A program made the translations under genes and the position numbers. Positions 26,900-39,750 of a DNA stretch of 64,000 nucleotides are shown here, piece after piece. Source of the stretch: Camelus dromedarius (Eukaryota); contig NC_087437.1 of the NCBI RefSeq assembly GCF_036321535.1, positions 79,114,001 to 79,178,000 of the forward strand. The letters run 5' to 3'. Position 1 is the first letter of the stretch; the number at the start of each line of letters is the position of its first letter. The notes under the pieces were generated by a model. That model saw nothing but the letters and a program-made list of their open reading frames with translations, was not told the DNA's origin and ran no database searches.

Positions 26900-27960
26900 A
26901 AACATAAGAATATTTTACACAAACATTTCTCAACAATCTAAAATAAATTAGTGAAAAGGAACAGTTTTTACAAATATCTTAAACAGAAGAAGCAACAAGA
27001 AGTTTAAAGCTCTTACAGCTTTTCATAAATAGAAAAAAAAAGTACTTTGTCCTGGAAGATCTCAGTGATTAAAAATAATATTAAAACCATTTCATAAATT
27101 TGAAAATATTGGAATGAGAATACAAGCTATTAAAACAAGTAGTGGTATGAAGATATTTGGAGAACAAGTACAATACAGAGGGATAGATAAAAGAATAAAA
27201 GTCATTACAGAAAAAAAGTGATGAAGCAAAGAGCAGAAATATTAATAGCTAAATTCAATATAGTATGACCATTTTCTTGGCTCTGTTCTAAGCACCTTAT
27301 ATTTGTACATTTATTTAATCATCACAAAAATCTTCTGAAGAAAATTATCTTATTATTTCCACATTCCAGAGGATAAGCTCAGTGGATTAACTGAGGCCAA
27401 GAGAGATTATCCTGTGGTCACACAGCAACTAAATGATGGAACTACTGTTAAAACCTAATCAGGTCTTTATCTGAGTGTAGGTACTTAACTGTTACCTGAG
27501 CTACATCTCATGAGGCAATATAGAAATGGGCAAAGACATTCACATGATAAGTGATCCTGAAATAGAAAACAAGAAGAAGAAACAGCTGACATTACATTGA
27601 ATAAAATTATCAAATTAATTACTTATTGAATAGGTATGTTAAATATCAGAAACATTTCATAGAGTGATTTATACTAAGGTATGTCTTGATAAAGTTACTG
27701 AACTTCAGTAAAAATAAAAACAACTGAAAGTAAGCAGACCAAAAATGCAAGGCACCTGACAGCTAAAATATCATTCTGAACTTGGCCTTTTCTATACAAT
27801 ATTCATTTCCAGAGGACAGTAGAGTAAATACAGAATTGAATGGGAGAAAGGGTATGATTTGAGTTTTATGGGTTTTTTTTTTAATATAAGTAGAAAAGAC
27901 ATGTTCAATTACACAAGAGCTTCTTCTCTGAGGAAGAAGGAGATAAAAAATTACAGATGA
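26900..27960 (+). mobile_element. Very old L1/HAL1 ORF1-like remnant interrupted by a MIR
   Basis: A-rich strand bias and ORF1-like motifs (CTAAGGTATGTCTTGATAAAGTTACTGAACTTCA). Boundaries are vague. Confidence 0.4.
27255..27495 (-). mobile_element. MIR SINE
   Basis: CTGTTCTAAGCACCTT...ATTTAATCATCACAA...AACTGAGGCCAAGAGAG...GGTCACACAGC. Confidence 0.85.
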
Positions 27961-28424
27961 CAAAATTCAACTAAACAAGCATAAAATCACTACTAAATAA
28001 ATACAACTATATAAAAATTTAGGAATAAGTAAATGGAGAGCCAATGAAGAGCAGGAGACAAATATTGAAAAGTAAGTGTGTTCTAATAATATCTCTGGGA
28101 CTTTACATTTCAAAATATTAGTATTTTTAACCTTAAAAAATCTATATGCTACAAAAATAGTAATATAATAGCTTAGAATGGAAAATTCTGGTGCATGGAC
28201 ATATAAAGCAGGATGCTGATTTGGAAGGGGTGCAGGTTATCTACCTAGATAGATAGGAGTGTTAAATTACTGGAGAGTTAAAACAAAACTCTTAGCTTCA
28301 ATTGTTTCTGAAAAGCAGAATTTGAAGATGGAAAATTCTCCAATAAACATATCTGTACTCTTTGTAATATTTATATAAACAGTGTTTGTAATTTAAAATA
28401 TTAATAAACAGAAATGAAATACTT

Positions 28425-28612
28425 CCGAAGTCAGACAATTTAGTTTGAAATATTGTAGACCTTAGACAATTTACTCAAATTTTCTAAGTCACAGATTCCT
28501 CATAGAAAAACTAGTGATAATGAAAGTATATACCTCAAAGTACAACACAACATAAAATAATTTAGCACAGTGACTAGCATGTGACAATCATACAATTATA
28601 GTTAGTTATTGT
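28425..28612 (+). mobile_element. MIR SINE
   Basis: GACCTTAGACAATTTACT...TTCCTCAT...TTAGCACAGTGACTAGCA. Confidence 0.7.
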
Positions 28613-29214
28613 CATGTTTATGTATTTTTACTCATTTCACCCTAATTATATTTTAATAAATGAATGGTAACTATAAAAGCAAAAAAAAAAAAGTTAAGGC
28701 CATAATGGTGCTAAATCTAGGACATTTTCAGGTGCATTTCTATGTTAGAATTTTCAGTTGGCTCTTTGTAGGGTGTGCACCATGATCTCTCTTTGAAAGT
28801 ATACATATGTCTCAGGCTAAAAGATGGGAGTTGCTCATTTTCTGCTCTAAACAGATACATATTTCACAAGCTGATCCAACACCTTTTATTCAATACTAAT
28901 TGACACTCAATCTACAATGGACAGTAAGAAATTCAGTATTTAGCATCATTGTCCTCTAGTACAAATCATTTGGCATCATTATCCAACATTTTATTTCCTA
29001 GCTGGATCCCTCTAGTGAATTCATCTATGGTTCTGTGTTTCCAACAGACTTGAATTATGAAAATTACTCTGCTGATTTCTTTAACTCTCTATTCTTTCAC
29101 TATGGATTTTGGAAAATACTTAATACCTTCAGTACACAAGTACAAACATCGAAGGAAAAAGAGAGGTATTAAGTATTTCTGAAATCACATTGTGAGAACC
29201 GAAGTTCATCTCTC

Positions 29215-32105
29215 CAGTACATTGTGTATCACAGTAAAAAGTAATCTCTTGTGGTTCTTGTGTATTTTAATCATATATAGGGCAATACCCTAGACATTGA
29301 ATAACGCATTGAGACCCATATCATGCCACAAGTGATGCTGGAAGTGTTTCCAAGAAGCAGAGAAATGTCATGAAATTACAAGTTGAAGTTGAATACATAC
29401 CATAGATTTTGGTCTGTAGCTGCAGTTGCCCACCATCTGAAGATTAATGAATCCAAGTAATGGACCATTAAAAAAGCAGAAAAGGAAATTTGTGATAGCC
29501 ATCACTGCAGCCATGCCAGCAGATACAAAAACCTTGCACTTTTTTTGTGAAATACTTTTTTTTTTATCTTGTACTGAAAATGCAGCTTTTATGCGGGTGC
29601 AGGATTGCTATAAGGAAGGTATATCTATAGACTCTAATAGGATTCTAGAAAATCAAAGTCATTATTGTAACAACTTAAAGCAAAAGACAAGTGAAGAATC
29701 CAAAGCTGGAGAATTTAATGCCAGCAAAGGACGGTTTGATAATTTGAGAAAGAGGTGTAGCTTGAAAACTGTCAAGATAACAAGAGAAGCAGCTTCTGCT
29801 TACCAAGAGGCAGCAGGTGAGTTCCCAGATGCTTTAAGAAAATCATTGAGGAGAAAGTATATCTGCTTGAACAGGTTTTCAGTGCAGACAAAAGGGCCCT
29901 ATTCTGGAAAAAAAAATGGCATAAAGGACATCTATTAGTAAGGAAGATAAGCAAGCACTGGGATTTCAGGAAGGAAGAGATAAATTCAGACTGCAATCAT
30001 GTTCATGGTCAGGACTGTCCTTTTCCATAAAGCTGCTAACCCCCAGACCTTGGAGGAAAAAGATAAATACCAGCTGCCAGTCTCTTGGTTGTACAACAAG
30101 AAGGCTGGGACAACAAAAACACTTCCTAGATTGATCCCATTGATGCTTTGTCCTTGAAGTCAGAAAGTACCTTGCCAGTTAGGGACTGCCTTTTAAAGTT
30201 CTTATGATATTAGATGGTGCCCATGTCCAGTGAGAATCCCATGAGTCAACACTGAAGGTGTTGAAGTGGTTTACTTGCCACCAAACACATCTCTAATTCA
30301 GCCTCTAGAACAAGGGGTCATAAAGACCTTTAAGATACAGTACACACAGTACTCTGTGGAACATATTGTCAATGCTGTGGAAGAGAAACTTGATAGCGGA
30401 AATACGAGTGTCTGAAAGTATTACACCACTGAAGATACCATCGTTGTTAGGGCAAAAGCTATGGAAGCCACCAAGACTGAAACTATAAATTCCTCCTGGA
30501 GAAAACTTTGGTCAGGATGTTGTGCATGACTTCACTAGGTTAATGACAGAGCCAATTAAGAAAATCATGAAAGAGATTGTGGATATGGCAATAAAAGGTG
30601 GGGGGAAGGGTTTCAAGGTATGGATATTAGAGAAATTTGAGAGCTATTAGGCACCACACCAGAGGAGTTAACAGAAGACAACTTGATGATGAGTACTTCT
30701 GGACCAGTGCTAGGCAATGAGAAAGAAGACACAGAAGAAGCAGTTTCAGAAAATAAATCAACATTTAGATGATCTGGCAGAAGGTTTCCAACTATTCAAG
30801 ACTGCTTTTGATTACTTTTATGACAAGGACTCTTCTATAATTTGGAGACTGAAGCTCAAGCAAGAGGTAGAAGAAAAATTGGTTTCGTATAGAAACATTT
30901 GCAGAGAAATGAAAAAACTAAAAAGTCAGATAGAATTACAATGTATTTATGTAAAGTTGCACTGAGTGTACTTGCTGTCCTGCCTTCCTTCCCCCTCCTC
31001 AGTCCCTTCCATCTCTGCCGTCCAAGACAAGAACATCAGCCCCTCCTTCTCCTCCTCCTCCTCAGCCTACTAAACATGAAGACAACAAGGATGAAGACCT
31101 TTACGATGATCCACTTCCATTTAATGAGCAGTAGATAATCATCATGTCATATTTGTAATAAATGTATCTATTGTGTATGTGTGTGTCTTCATGTGAAAAT
31201 TTAATAATTGTACAGCAAGAACTGTATGAGACATTTTTGTGTCATCATTGTCACATAGCCTAAGTATTCATCTTGTAGAACATTGTGTGCAAGACTTGTA
31301 CTTAAGTGAATAGCCTATCCTTACATAGACATAAGGTGAATAATATTAAATATTAAATTAGTAATATGTTGGTTTTCTTATATTTTATAACTTTGCTTTC
31401 AGAGAATCACATTACAGTAAATCTCCCTCTCACTCTCTTTCTCTCTCATAATTGGAGAAACTACATATCAGCCTATTATTACAGGTGTTTTTTTAAAATA
31501 TAACAATGTTTCCAATACTATATTATGAACATGACTGTAATACTATCTTCCACTAAATTTCTATAATAATTCATTCATTGGAGTATAAGCTGGTGAAGCA
31601 ATCATATTGATTACAATAGGCTACCATAAAACAATTATATTCCTTCTTCTTTGTTATCAATACATGAATTGTAAATCTTATCAATAAATATGAATTTTTT
31701 CACATCTTTTCATTTTTGATGTCTGGTGTTAATAATACATATAAAATCTACAGTGTTTTGTATCATATAGATAATTTTGATGTAGGCACTGACAGATGAT
31801 TTCTCTTATAAACAGATGACATAAACTTACAGTAGCAATAAATAGAGTACAGTATTATAAATGTATTTTCTCTTCCTTATGACTATTAATAACATTTTTC
31901 TCTAGTTTACCTTATTATAAGAATACAGTATATGATATATGTAACATATAAAATATGTGCTAATTTATGCTGTGCTATCGGTAATGCTTCTGGTCAACAG
32001 TAGGATATTTGTAGTTAAGTTTTGAGGGAGTCCAAAGTTACACATGGATTTTCAACTGCACAGTGGGTTGGTGCCACTGTCCCCATGTTGTTCAAGAGTA
32101 AACTG
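29215..32105 (+). mobile_element. Tigger2 (pogo/Tc1-mariner) DNA transposon, left end missing
   Basis: Transposase remnants ENAAFMRVQDCYK, GEFNASKGRFDN and DDLAEGFQLFKTAFDYFYD. Right TIR TGTTGTTCAAGAGTAAACTG ends at 32105. No left TIR found. Confidence 0.95.
29308..31134 (+). pseudogene. Frameshifted Tigger2 transposase (CENP-B HTH plus DDE_1 domain)
   Basis: Catalytic motif remnants FSAD, ILDG and QPLEQG (the third Asp reads Glu); multiple indels and stops. Confidence 0.9.
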
Positions 32106-32866
32106 GACAACCAGATTTAAAGAAAAAAACTTAAAAGTGAGTCCCTGTGAAGCAAATTCTTTGAAACTATTGAAATATTTTAGTCAAGTTTAGACTAGGT
32201 GATAACTCCCTCACTTTTCAGCTTTGTTCTTCTAAGAGAAAAAAAAACAAACCTGAAGCAATGTTTATTTACTTATAATGTGACACAATGTCAACCTAAA
32301 ATACTTAACTCACTTGAAAAATTAAGAGTTTTCTCATCACATTGTTTGGTGATCCAAACAACTTAAAGTTCAGGGGAAAAATGAATTTTAAAACTTCACG
32401 TAGCTTTCTTTTCAAATGAAGAGAATAAGAGAGCACTAGAGCTATAGAGAGAGGGGGAGAGAGAGAGAGAGAGAAAGTTGGGTGGGAGGATGTTAAGGGG
32501 ACAAAAGTGTACCAGAATTAAAGACAAAGAAAAAAATATATTTGGAAATGAGAGCAAAATGAAAATAGCTCTAAGTAGGATTTTATTGAGAAATCCTACT
32601 TAAAATTATGAAATAATCCTCACATTTCACACTTATTTCCAATCATTTCTGTGCATTTATTATTTTATCTCAGCTGTCTGTGATGCCGGACGAGACACTT
32701 CCCTAAGACTGTTCTTCCTTGGACGATGCATCTTTCCCAAGGCTCTTTTTCTTTCTCCCTCAAGGCTCTTTTTCTTTCTCCCTCCTTGTTCTCAACAAAA
32801 ATTGAACTACATTTATATTCCATTCTGTTATACCATGCATGTACTAATGACATGATAAGTATTTTA

Positions 32867-32945
32867 TTTAATTTTTTTAAACATTTTTATTGATTTATAA
32901 TCATTTTACAGTGTTGTGTCAAATAACCGAAAAATTGTGCTCTAC
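32867..32945 (-). mobile_element. 79-bp young L1 3'-end insertion with 5' inversion
   Basis: Perfect direct repeat ACATGATAAGTATTTTA at 32850-32866 and 32946-32962; the insert is homologous to 6663-6784. Confidence 0.88.
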
Positions 32946-33319
32946 ACATGATAAGTATTTTAAACAGAACAGTTAGTATTGAATATGATGTAGCTCAATA
33001 TGGAAATCAGTAGGATAAATTTCTGATAATCATCCTTCTGTAGTAGCATGGGAGAAAAGAGTTGTTGATGTAAATAAAAGTGTGGTGTGTAGAAGCTCTC
33101 TGGAAATAAGTACTGCAAGTAAAATAAGATAAAAGGAATTGAACACCTAATATCTGTCTGACCTTAAGTAAATAACTTACTCTCTAATAGTGTTTTGAAA
33201 ATAAGCTCAAAGACAGTAAGCAAACTGCCTGAGGACATACAGCTAGTATTTGAAAAAGCAAAAATTAAATTTGTTTGTTATGATTTACTGCAAATTGCTT
33301 ATCTTTCCTTAGTCCTTCT

Positions 33320-33690
33320 TTCTTCCTTCATTCTTTTCTATTTTTCCTCCATATTTCCAGCCTAACATATATATTCATGTACTACCTTCTATGGAACAGT
33401 CGCTATGCTAGGCAATTGGGTTTATTTTGGATAATTGCATATATTTGGTCCCTGCTCTAATGGAACTTAGTTTACTATGTTCCACTGAGGAACTTAGTGA
33501 CAAATGTAGACATTAAACAATAACTAAAACAAAAAAAAAATCTATTTTTTAATGTGCTGCCTTGAAGAAAGCTAATGGCATTTAAGAGAGTTTACATGAG
33601 GAACTACATCTAGTTTGAAGGATCATAGAAAATCTCCATAACAGAAAGACATTTGCCCTAAATACAAGAAGAAGTCAAGGGCCTACTCAG
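33320..33690 (-). mobile_element. L2 3' fragment
   Basis: CTATGCTAGGCA...GGTCCCTGCTCTAATGGAACTTA. Confidence 0.7.
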
Positions 33691-34174
33691 CTATTAATTA
33701 AAAAAAAACAATATTTTTAAGCAAATATTATATGTCATACACTGTAGCAGTACTTGGGATACAATGATAAAAACAATAAAATAAAATACTAAAAAATAAG
33801 ATTTCTATACCGAGGTATGTAATAAACAAACCACATAAATAAATGTGGCATTGATATATATATTTATTAGAAGCACTTGGGTATTTGAATGTACTGGATG
33901 AGTGAATTGGGGAGGAACAAACAAAAATTTGACAAAAAATATTCATGAGAAATAATTATGCTCCTACCTGAAGAAAGAAGGTTTAAATAGCTAAATTAGT
34001 AGTGGCAAATAAAATATTTTAAAGTATGGGTAAAAGGACCTAGAGGTTGCAAGAATACATATACAATAAAGAATACATTTACAATAACTAAATTAAGGCT
34101 AATATGAATGGCATGAAAAAATAGAGGTTTGGTAGAAATACTTATAATGTGATATTATGTAATCCAGCAATGAG

Positions 34175-34175
<1 letters not shown>

Positions 34176-34213
<38 letters not shown>
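34176..34213. repeat. (TG)19 microsatellite
   Basis: Read directly from the sequence. Confidence 0.98.
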
Positions 34214-34215
<2 letters not shown>

Positions 34216-34269
34216 TGGGAGATGTAAAAACAGAAGTAATGAATGTTGATGATGATGATATTTAAATTT

Positions 34270-34775
34270 TTAAAAACATGTCTGCAAATAAAGAATCTAG
34301 ACACATATCTTACACCTGTCATACCAAAAAATAATTCAAAATGGATCATAGAGCTAAAAGTAAAATGCAAAAGTATAAAAATCCCAGAAGATTACATAGG
34401 AGAATCTAGATGCCCTTGGATTTGCCAGTAATGTTGTAGAAACAACACCAGAAGAACAATCTTTGAAAGAAAAATTGGTGAGTTGAACTTCATTAAAACT
34501 AAAATCTCTGCTCTGTAAAAAGCATTGTTGAGAGACTGAAAAGACAAGCCACAGACTTGGAGAAAATACTTACAAAGACATATCTCACAAAAGACTATTA
34601 GCCGAAATATACAATGAACTGTTAAAATCCAATAATTCAAAAACAAGCAGCTCAACTGAAAACTGGGCACAAGATATGAACAGACACCTCACCAAAGAAG
34701 GTATACAGATGGCAAACAAGTACTTGAAAAGATTCTCAAAAAATCATAATGTTATCAGAAAATTGCAAATTAGAA
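34270..34775 (+). mobile_element. L1 ORF2 C-terminal fragment
   Basis: Peptides LDTYLTP, NSKWIIELKVK and MNRHLTKEGIQMANK. Confidence 0.9.
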
Positions 34776-37700
34776 GAAAAGCAGCAAACTTTGTTGTGTT
34801 TCACCTTCAACTACTTTTATTACCTCCTCTCCAGCTCTGTGGTAGCCTGGAAAACCAACTGCCTTGCAACCACAGGACCTATAAAATCCAGTAGGCTAAC
34901 AGCCATTTGAGGGAGTAAAATGAGTTTTTAAGTTCCTCACAGGCCTCACAGACAGAGAATTGTCACAAATGGATCTGTCTGGCAGCAACATGGAACAGGC
35001 TGGTCTTTTTATGGCTGTCTTTGGCTCTAGAACACCAAGCATGTATGTGGGGATGTGTACATATCCAGGGAATGAGAACTATTTGAAGAGAACATATCAG
35101 AGAATTGTTTTAGTGTTGCTGAACATACCTTCATATTCAAAAAGCACAACTAATCTAATTCAGAATAATCAAAACTAAGCCGGACACATTGTGGTAAAAC
35201 TGCAGAATATAAATAACAAAGAAAAATCTTAAAAGCAACTAGAAGAAGTAAGAGGGCTAAGTACACAAGAGCAACAATCAAAATAAGAGATGTCAAGAAC
35301 AACAATAAAGTCAAGACATTGTAGAATAATACTTTCAAAATTGTAATATGGAATCAGTGTCAGTTTAGAATTATATACCAAAATATGGATTCTTAAAGCA
35401 TATTACAATATCTTCAGATGAAAAGAAAAGAGAGACAAAGAGAGAGAGAGAGATTGAGATTTCAGGTATGAGTTCCTAGCTACAAGATTCCCCAAAAGAT
35501 ATATTTTAAGAAGAAAATTGAACCCAGTTGAAAAAAGATACAATGGAAAAAAAATACCTGATAAACCTGTGAGTAAAGGTAAACAATATTTATTGAATAA
35601 ATATAACTAACATTACTAATTTATGAAGTAAAAATTTTAGGTGATTCTAAAATATTGCACAGCATTATCCATAAAATGTGAATGAGTGGTAGAGTTAAAT
35701 AATAACATATTTCTTATACAGAAGGCTAATAGTCATATTGACAAATTTTTAATGCTAGTTGAGAAAAAAAGTTGACAAAATTTACAGTGAGACATTTGAA
35801 AAACCTTAAAGTGAAACTGATCCTATTTTAAGAACAATGGAATTAAGCTCTAATTTCACAAAATGGGAAAGAAGAAATAGTGTCATGTTATGTTATGATA
35901 ATAAATTTACATTTAACCAGGAAGACATAGTAATTCTATAAATATATTTGTTCTTATATCAACATAAAAATTTTTGACAGTTATGAGAATAACTGACAAA
36001 TTTATCATCAGAGGTATTAAAGCAACTACCCTTTTATTGATCAGAGTAGAGCATTGCACAAAAAAATAGATCTTACTCATTCATCTAAAGTATTTTTATC
36101 AAAAATGAATTATATGTTAGTCAATAAGTCATTTATAAAATTCCAGTGAGTAAATATCAGTTGTATTATTTATCTAACCACAATTTAATTGTTAAAATTG
36201 AATACAAAAAGGTATTATACTAATTAATGTTTCCAAATTAAAAACATAGTTATAAACAAAATAAAGTTAAAATAGAATCAGAAATCATAATAAAGTGAGA
36301 TCTGAGGTATTGCAGAGAAAGAAATAATTAAAATGCAATCGATCAGACTACAACATGTACCTTAAGTAGTGTATTGATTGGAAAGTGTAGCCTTAAATGT
36401 ACACGTTTGGCAACAAGAAAGGCTGAACATTATTAATGAACCAAGAATCTAACTTAGAGTGTGAGTAGGCAAGATGAAAGTAACATTATCCAAGACATCT
36501 TTCACAGAAATTAAAAAAGACAGCATTGTTTTAGCAAAAGGATAGACAATATATTAATATAACAATATCAGAAGTACAGAAATATGCCACATATATACAG
36601 TAATTTTAAAGTTGTCAGAAAGAAAAAAATTATTTAACAAATCATGATTAGAAAAACTGGATATATTTATAAGGGAAAAAAATTCAACTTTGACCTCACG
36701 CCAGCAACATGTATAAATCTCAAAAATATTATGCTGAATGAAATTAGCCAAACAAACAAACAAAATTACCAATTGTATAATACCACTTAAATGATATTCT
36801 AGAATAGTCAAACTAACCTAAGTAGAAATTAGATCTAGTCCTTGCTCCTGGTAAGAAATTGAATGGAAATTAGAAGATGAGATATTACTGAGTGATAGAA
36901 TTATTCAGTGTCTTTGTAGGATTTTGAGTTACATAAGAGTCTGCATTTGTCAAAATTGATTGAATAAGATGCTTACAATCTGAATATTTTACTGTTTATT
37001 GAGTCTATACTGTGCATAGAGTACATACACCAATGAAAAAATTTAACAAACAACATTAAGGGGATCTCATTGACAAAAAAATGGAATAACTTGAGAAAGA
37101 AAAATAATAAATTCAACTGTTTGAATTATTGTATATAAAAGCTAAGCATTTATAATTAATATTATTCAAAAATTAGTATTGCTTCTTCAAGAACAGTTGC
37201 ATAACCTTCACTGATCACAATTGTAGATTAAGTAGAATATCTACTTTTTACTCCAAAAATTATCAATGAAAGAAATAATCAAGCATTTTATTATGCCCCT
37301 CCTATAGAAATTATATTTCAGAGTAACCAAATATACAGTATTAAACATCAACTATTTTGATACCCCTGATGACACCTGAACTTAATAACCAGTCTTATCA
37401 TGACTAAGGCTGGAACAATTAGACATTATGTGCTTTCTACTGTGATGCAATATGAAGTACTAATCACCACTTATTTGTCCATAGAAGTAAAATCTAGGTG
37501 TAAGAGCTAGAGCTAACTTCCAGTTTATGGGAAACATTGAGTTATAGAGGGACAAGTTATATGACAGTATGTAATGAGTAGACAATTTTAGAATTCAGAT
37601 ATTTTTGATAATATTTGAAAAATTTGAATATGACATGAGATCTCAGTAGTACCAGTAAAAATTGCTAATCTTGTTAAAGGTGATATGGCATTTTTAAACA

Positions 37701-38465
37701 AAGATTTACAATTTTAAACAAAGATTTAAATGTTTACACTAAAAAAATACACAATATAAATAAAATGTATTAAAGGTAATAAATTTTAGTACTATTGCTA
37801 TATGTAACATGTATATAAAATTCAATTCCCTTATCAAAAAACCAGCAATAAATAGTAAATATCATGTGCCATAGCAACAAATACATTTAACAAAAATGTG
37901 CATGAATTACGGGAAAATAAGTTTTAATAAAATATTTAAAAGGATCCAAATAAATTGAGAAATATCATATTTATAAAAATGAAACTCACTTTTAAAAATA
38001 TATCTATTGTCCTGTTTATCTGTATGAATTAATTAAAATCTCATCTAGATTTTTAAATTTCCAACTGATTCTAAATTAAATTAATCCAGATATGAAAAAG
38101 AACAGCTAAGAGAATCAGGATAATTTTGAGGAAGAACAAGTTTGGGAGAATGTCTCAGTCAGAAATCAGTTATTTTAGATATTTAGAGATGAATACAGTT
38201 CTATTTTGCCAGGTAAGATAGAGTCATCAATGGAATAGTGGAGAAAGTCTAGGAATACACCAAGGTATTATGGAGATTTGATTTACTCTACAGGGGCCTT
38301 ATAGATTTAGATTAATTGTGGAAAACAATAAAATTTAAGTGGTGTGAGACAAATATATTTACTTTAGAGAGTAATCAATCTCTACCCTGCATCATACAGA
38401 AAAACAAATTTCTAGCTGTTAAAATACATTAATCTGTAAAACATGCCATAAAATTTGTATAACAA
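34776..38465 (+). mobile_element. Mosaic of old L1 pieces (L1MC-like 5' region, ORF1, ORF2, L1MC/ME 3' ends)
   Basis: CTCTCCAGCTCTGTGGTAGCCTGGAAAACCAAC (5' region); GACACATTGTGGTAAAACTGCAGAA (ORF1); ATAAATCTCAAAAATATTATGCTGAATGAAA (3' UTR). Confidence 0.7.
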
Positions 38466-38479
38466 AATGTAGAGACAGT

Positions 38480-38730
38480 GTATAGGTCATGAAAAATATT
38501 CTGGACTTTATTCTAAATAAAGCAAGAAACCACTGAACCCTTTTTGCATTGGAATGACATATGAGTTAGATTTTAAAACTATGACTTGTGCTGCTGTCTG
38601 GAGGATCGAGTGTATGGGAGGGAGAGAAGGAAAGATGGAGCCACTTAGGAGACTTATCAACCTAGTCTAGGTGAACAGTGGTGATTGTTTGTATTAGATT
38701 ATAGAAGTGAAATGGTCACATCTAAATTAC
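38480..38730 (-). mobile_element. L2 fragment
   Basis: GGACTTTATTCTAA...GAAACCACTGAA...AGTCTAGGTGA. Confidence 0.7.
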
Positions 38731-39750
38731 TTCTAAAAGCCAACACATGATACTTGCCATATTTACATGGGATTACATGGAGCTTTTAGAATATTGTTAT
38801 TTTAAATTAGATACATAACAACATACAAATCTTAAAAGTCAGGACCAGTTAACTTAATTTAATAATAAAAATTAGACATTTATTTGGTATAGTATCCTTT
38901 CTTTCTAAAGTTAAATATAAACCTTTCAGTTTCACATTTAAATTATGTTGGGGTAATATTTTTACTACATAAGTATTTTCATCAAGGATTGATAACATTA
39001 AACCAGGTTTTCTTTTTATCTATAGTATATGTGCATAGGAATCACTAAGAACCCTAAGAAGAAGATCCCATGATTTATTGGGCCACTGAACTAAGCTTCC
39101 ACTTCTCCACTCAAGCCTTCTCTGTTCCTCCCAGTGAGTTATCATTGTTGTCACCGTTGTTATTATTTTGTCACAGTCCATAAATCTGTGGCTAGTAGTG
39201 ACATGAAGACACAACATACTGTCCAGATTAAGATTCCATCAAGAGTCTTACCCTGAATAGCTTTATCTTCTGATATTTATGGGAACAGGTTGAGAAACTG
39301 GAAACTTCTTCCAAATTATCTCTTTTCTGATATAGAAATAATCGAAATACTCTTGCAGTACAGCTTCTCCAGTTACCCAGATAAAATGCATTTTAAATGC
39401 TTTACCACATCCTCTGTCCCCCAGATGTTGGGGATCGTTTTTTCTTTTGCAATTATTCACTAATTTTGCATGTGTTCACACATACAAGGAGTAAGCCACT
39501 AGTATTTGTCAGGACCCGTGATAAGGTACGTGTGATTAGCAATAACTGAGACACAGGACCCATGCCCTCTCTGAGTACAATTTAGTGATGCTTGCCCTCC
39601 GTTAGACAGCTGTGCTTCTTAGCGTTTACTTTCCCATAAAAACTTGCTCCTCTTGCTCCACATCCTCACCACCATTGGGTGTCATCACTGTTCTGGATTT
39701 TAGCTTTTCTAGTAGGTGTGTCATGATATTTCATTGCTGCTGTTGTTTTT

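Noticed and set aside
29447..29938. 163-aa ORF, possible domesticated TIGD-like gene
   Set aside because: The frame shifts within and around it, it lies inside a Tigger2 copy with a TIR, and a catalytic residue is altered.
37692..37728. Short tandem duplications (also about 34051-34088 and 56047-56084)
   Set aside because: Ordinary slippage duplications in AT-rich DNA with no sign of function.
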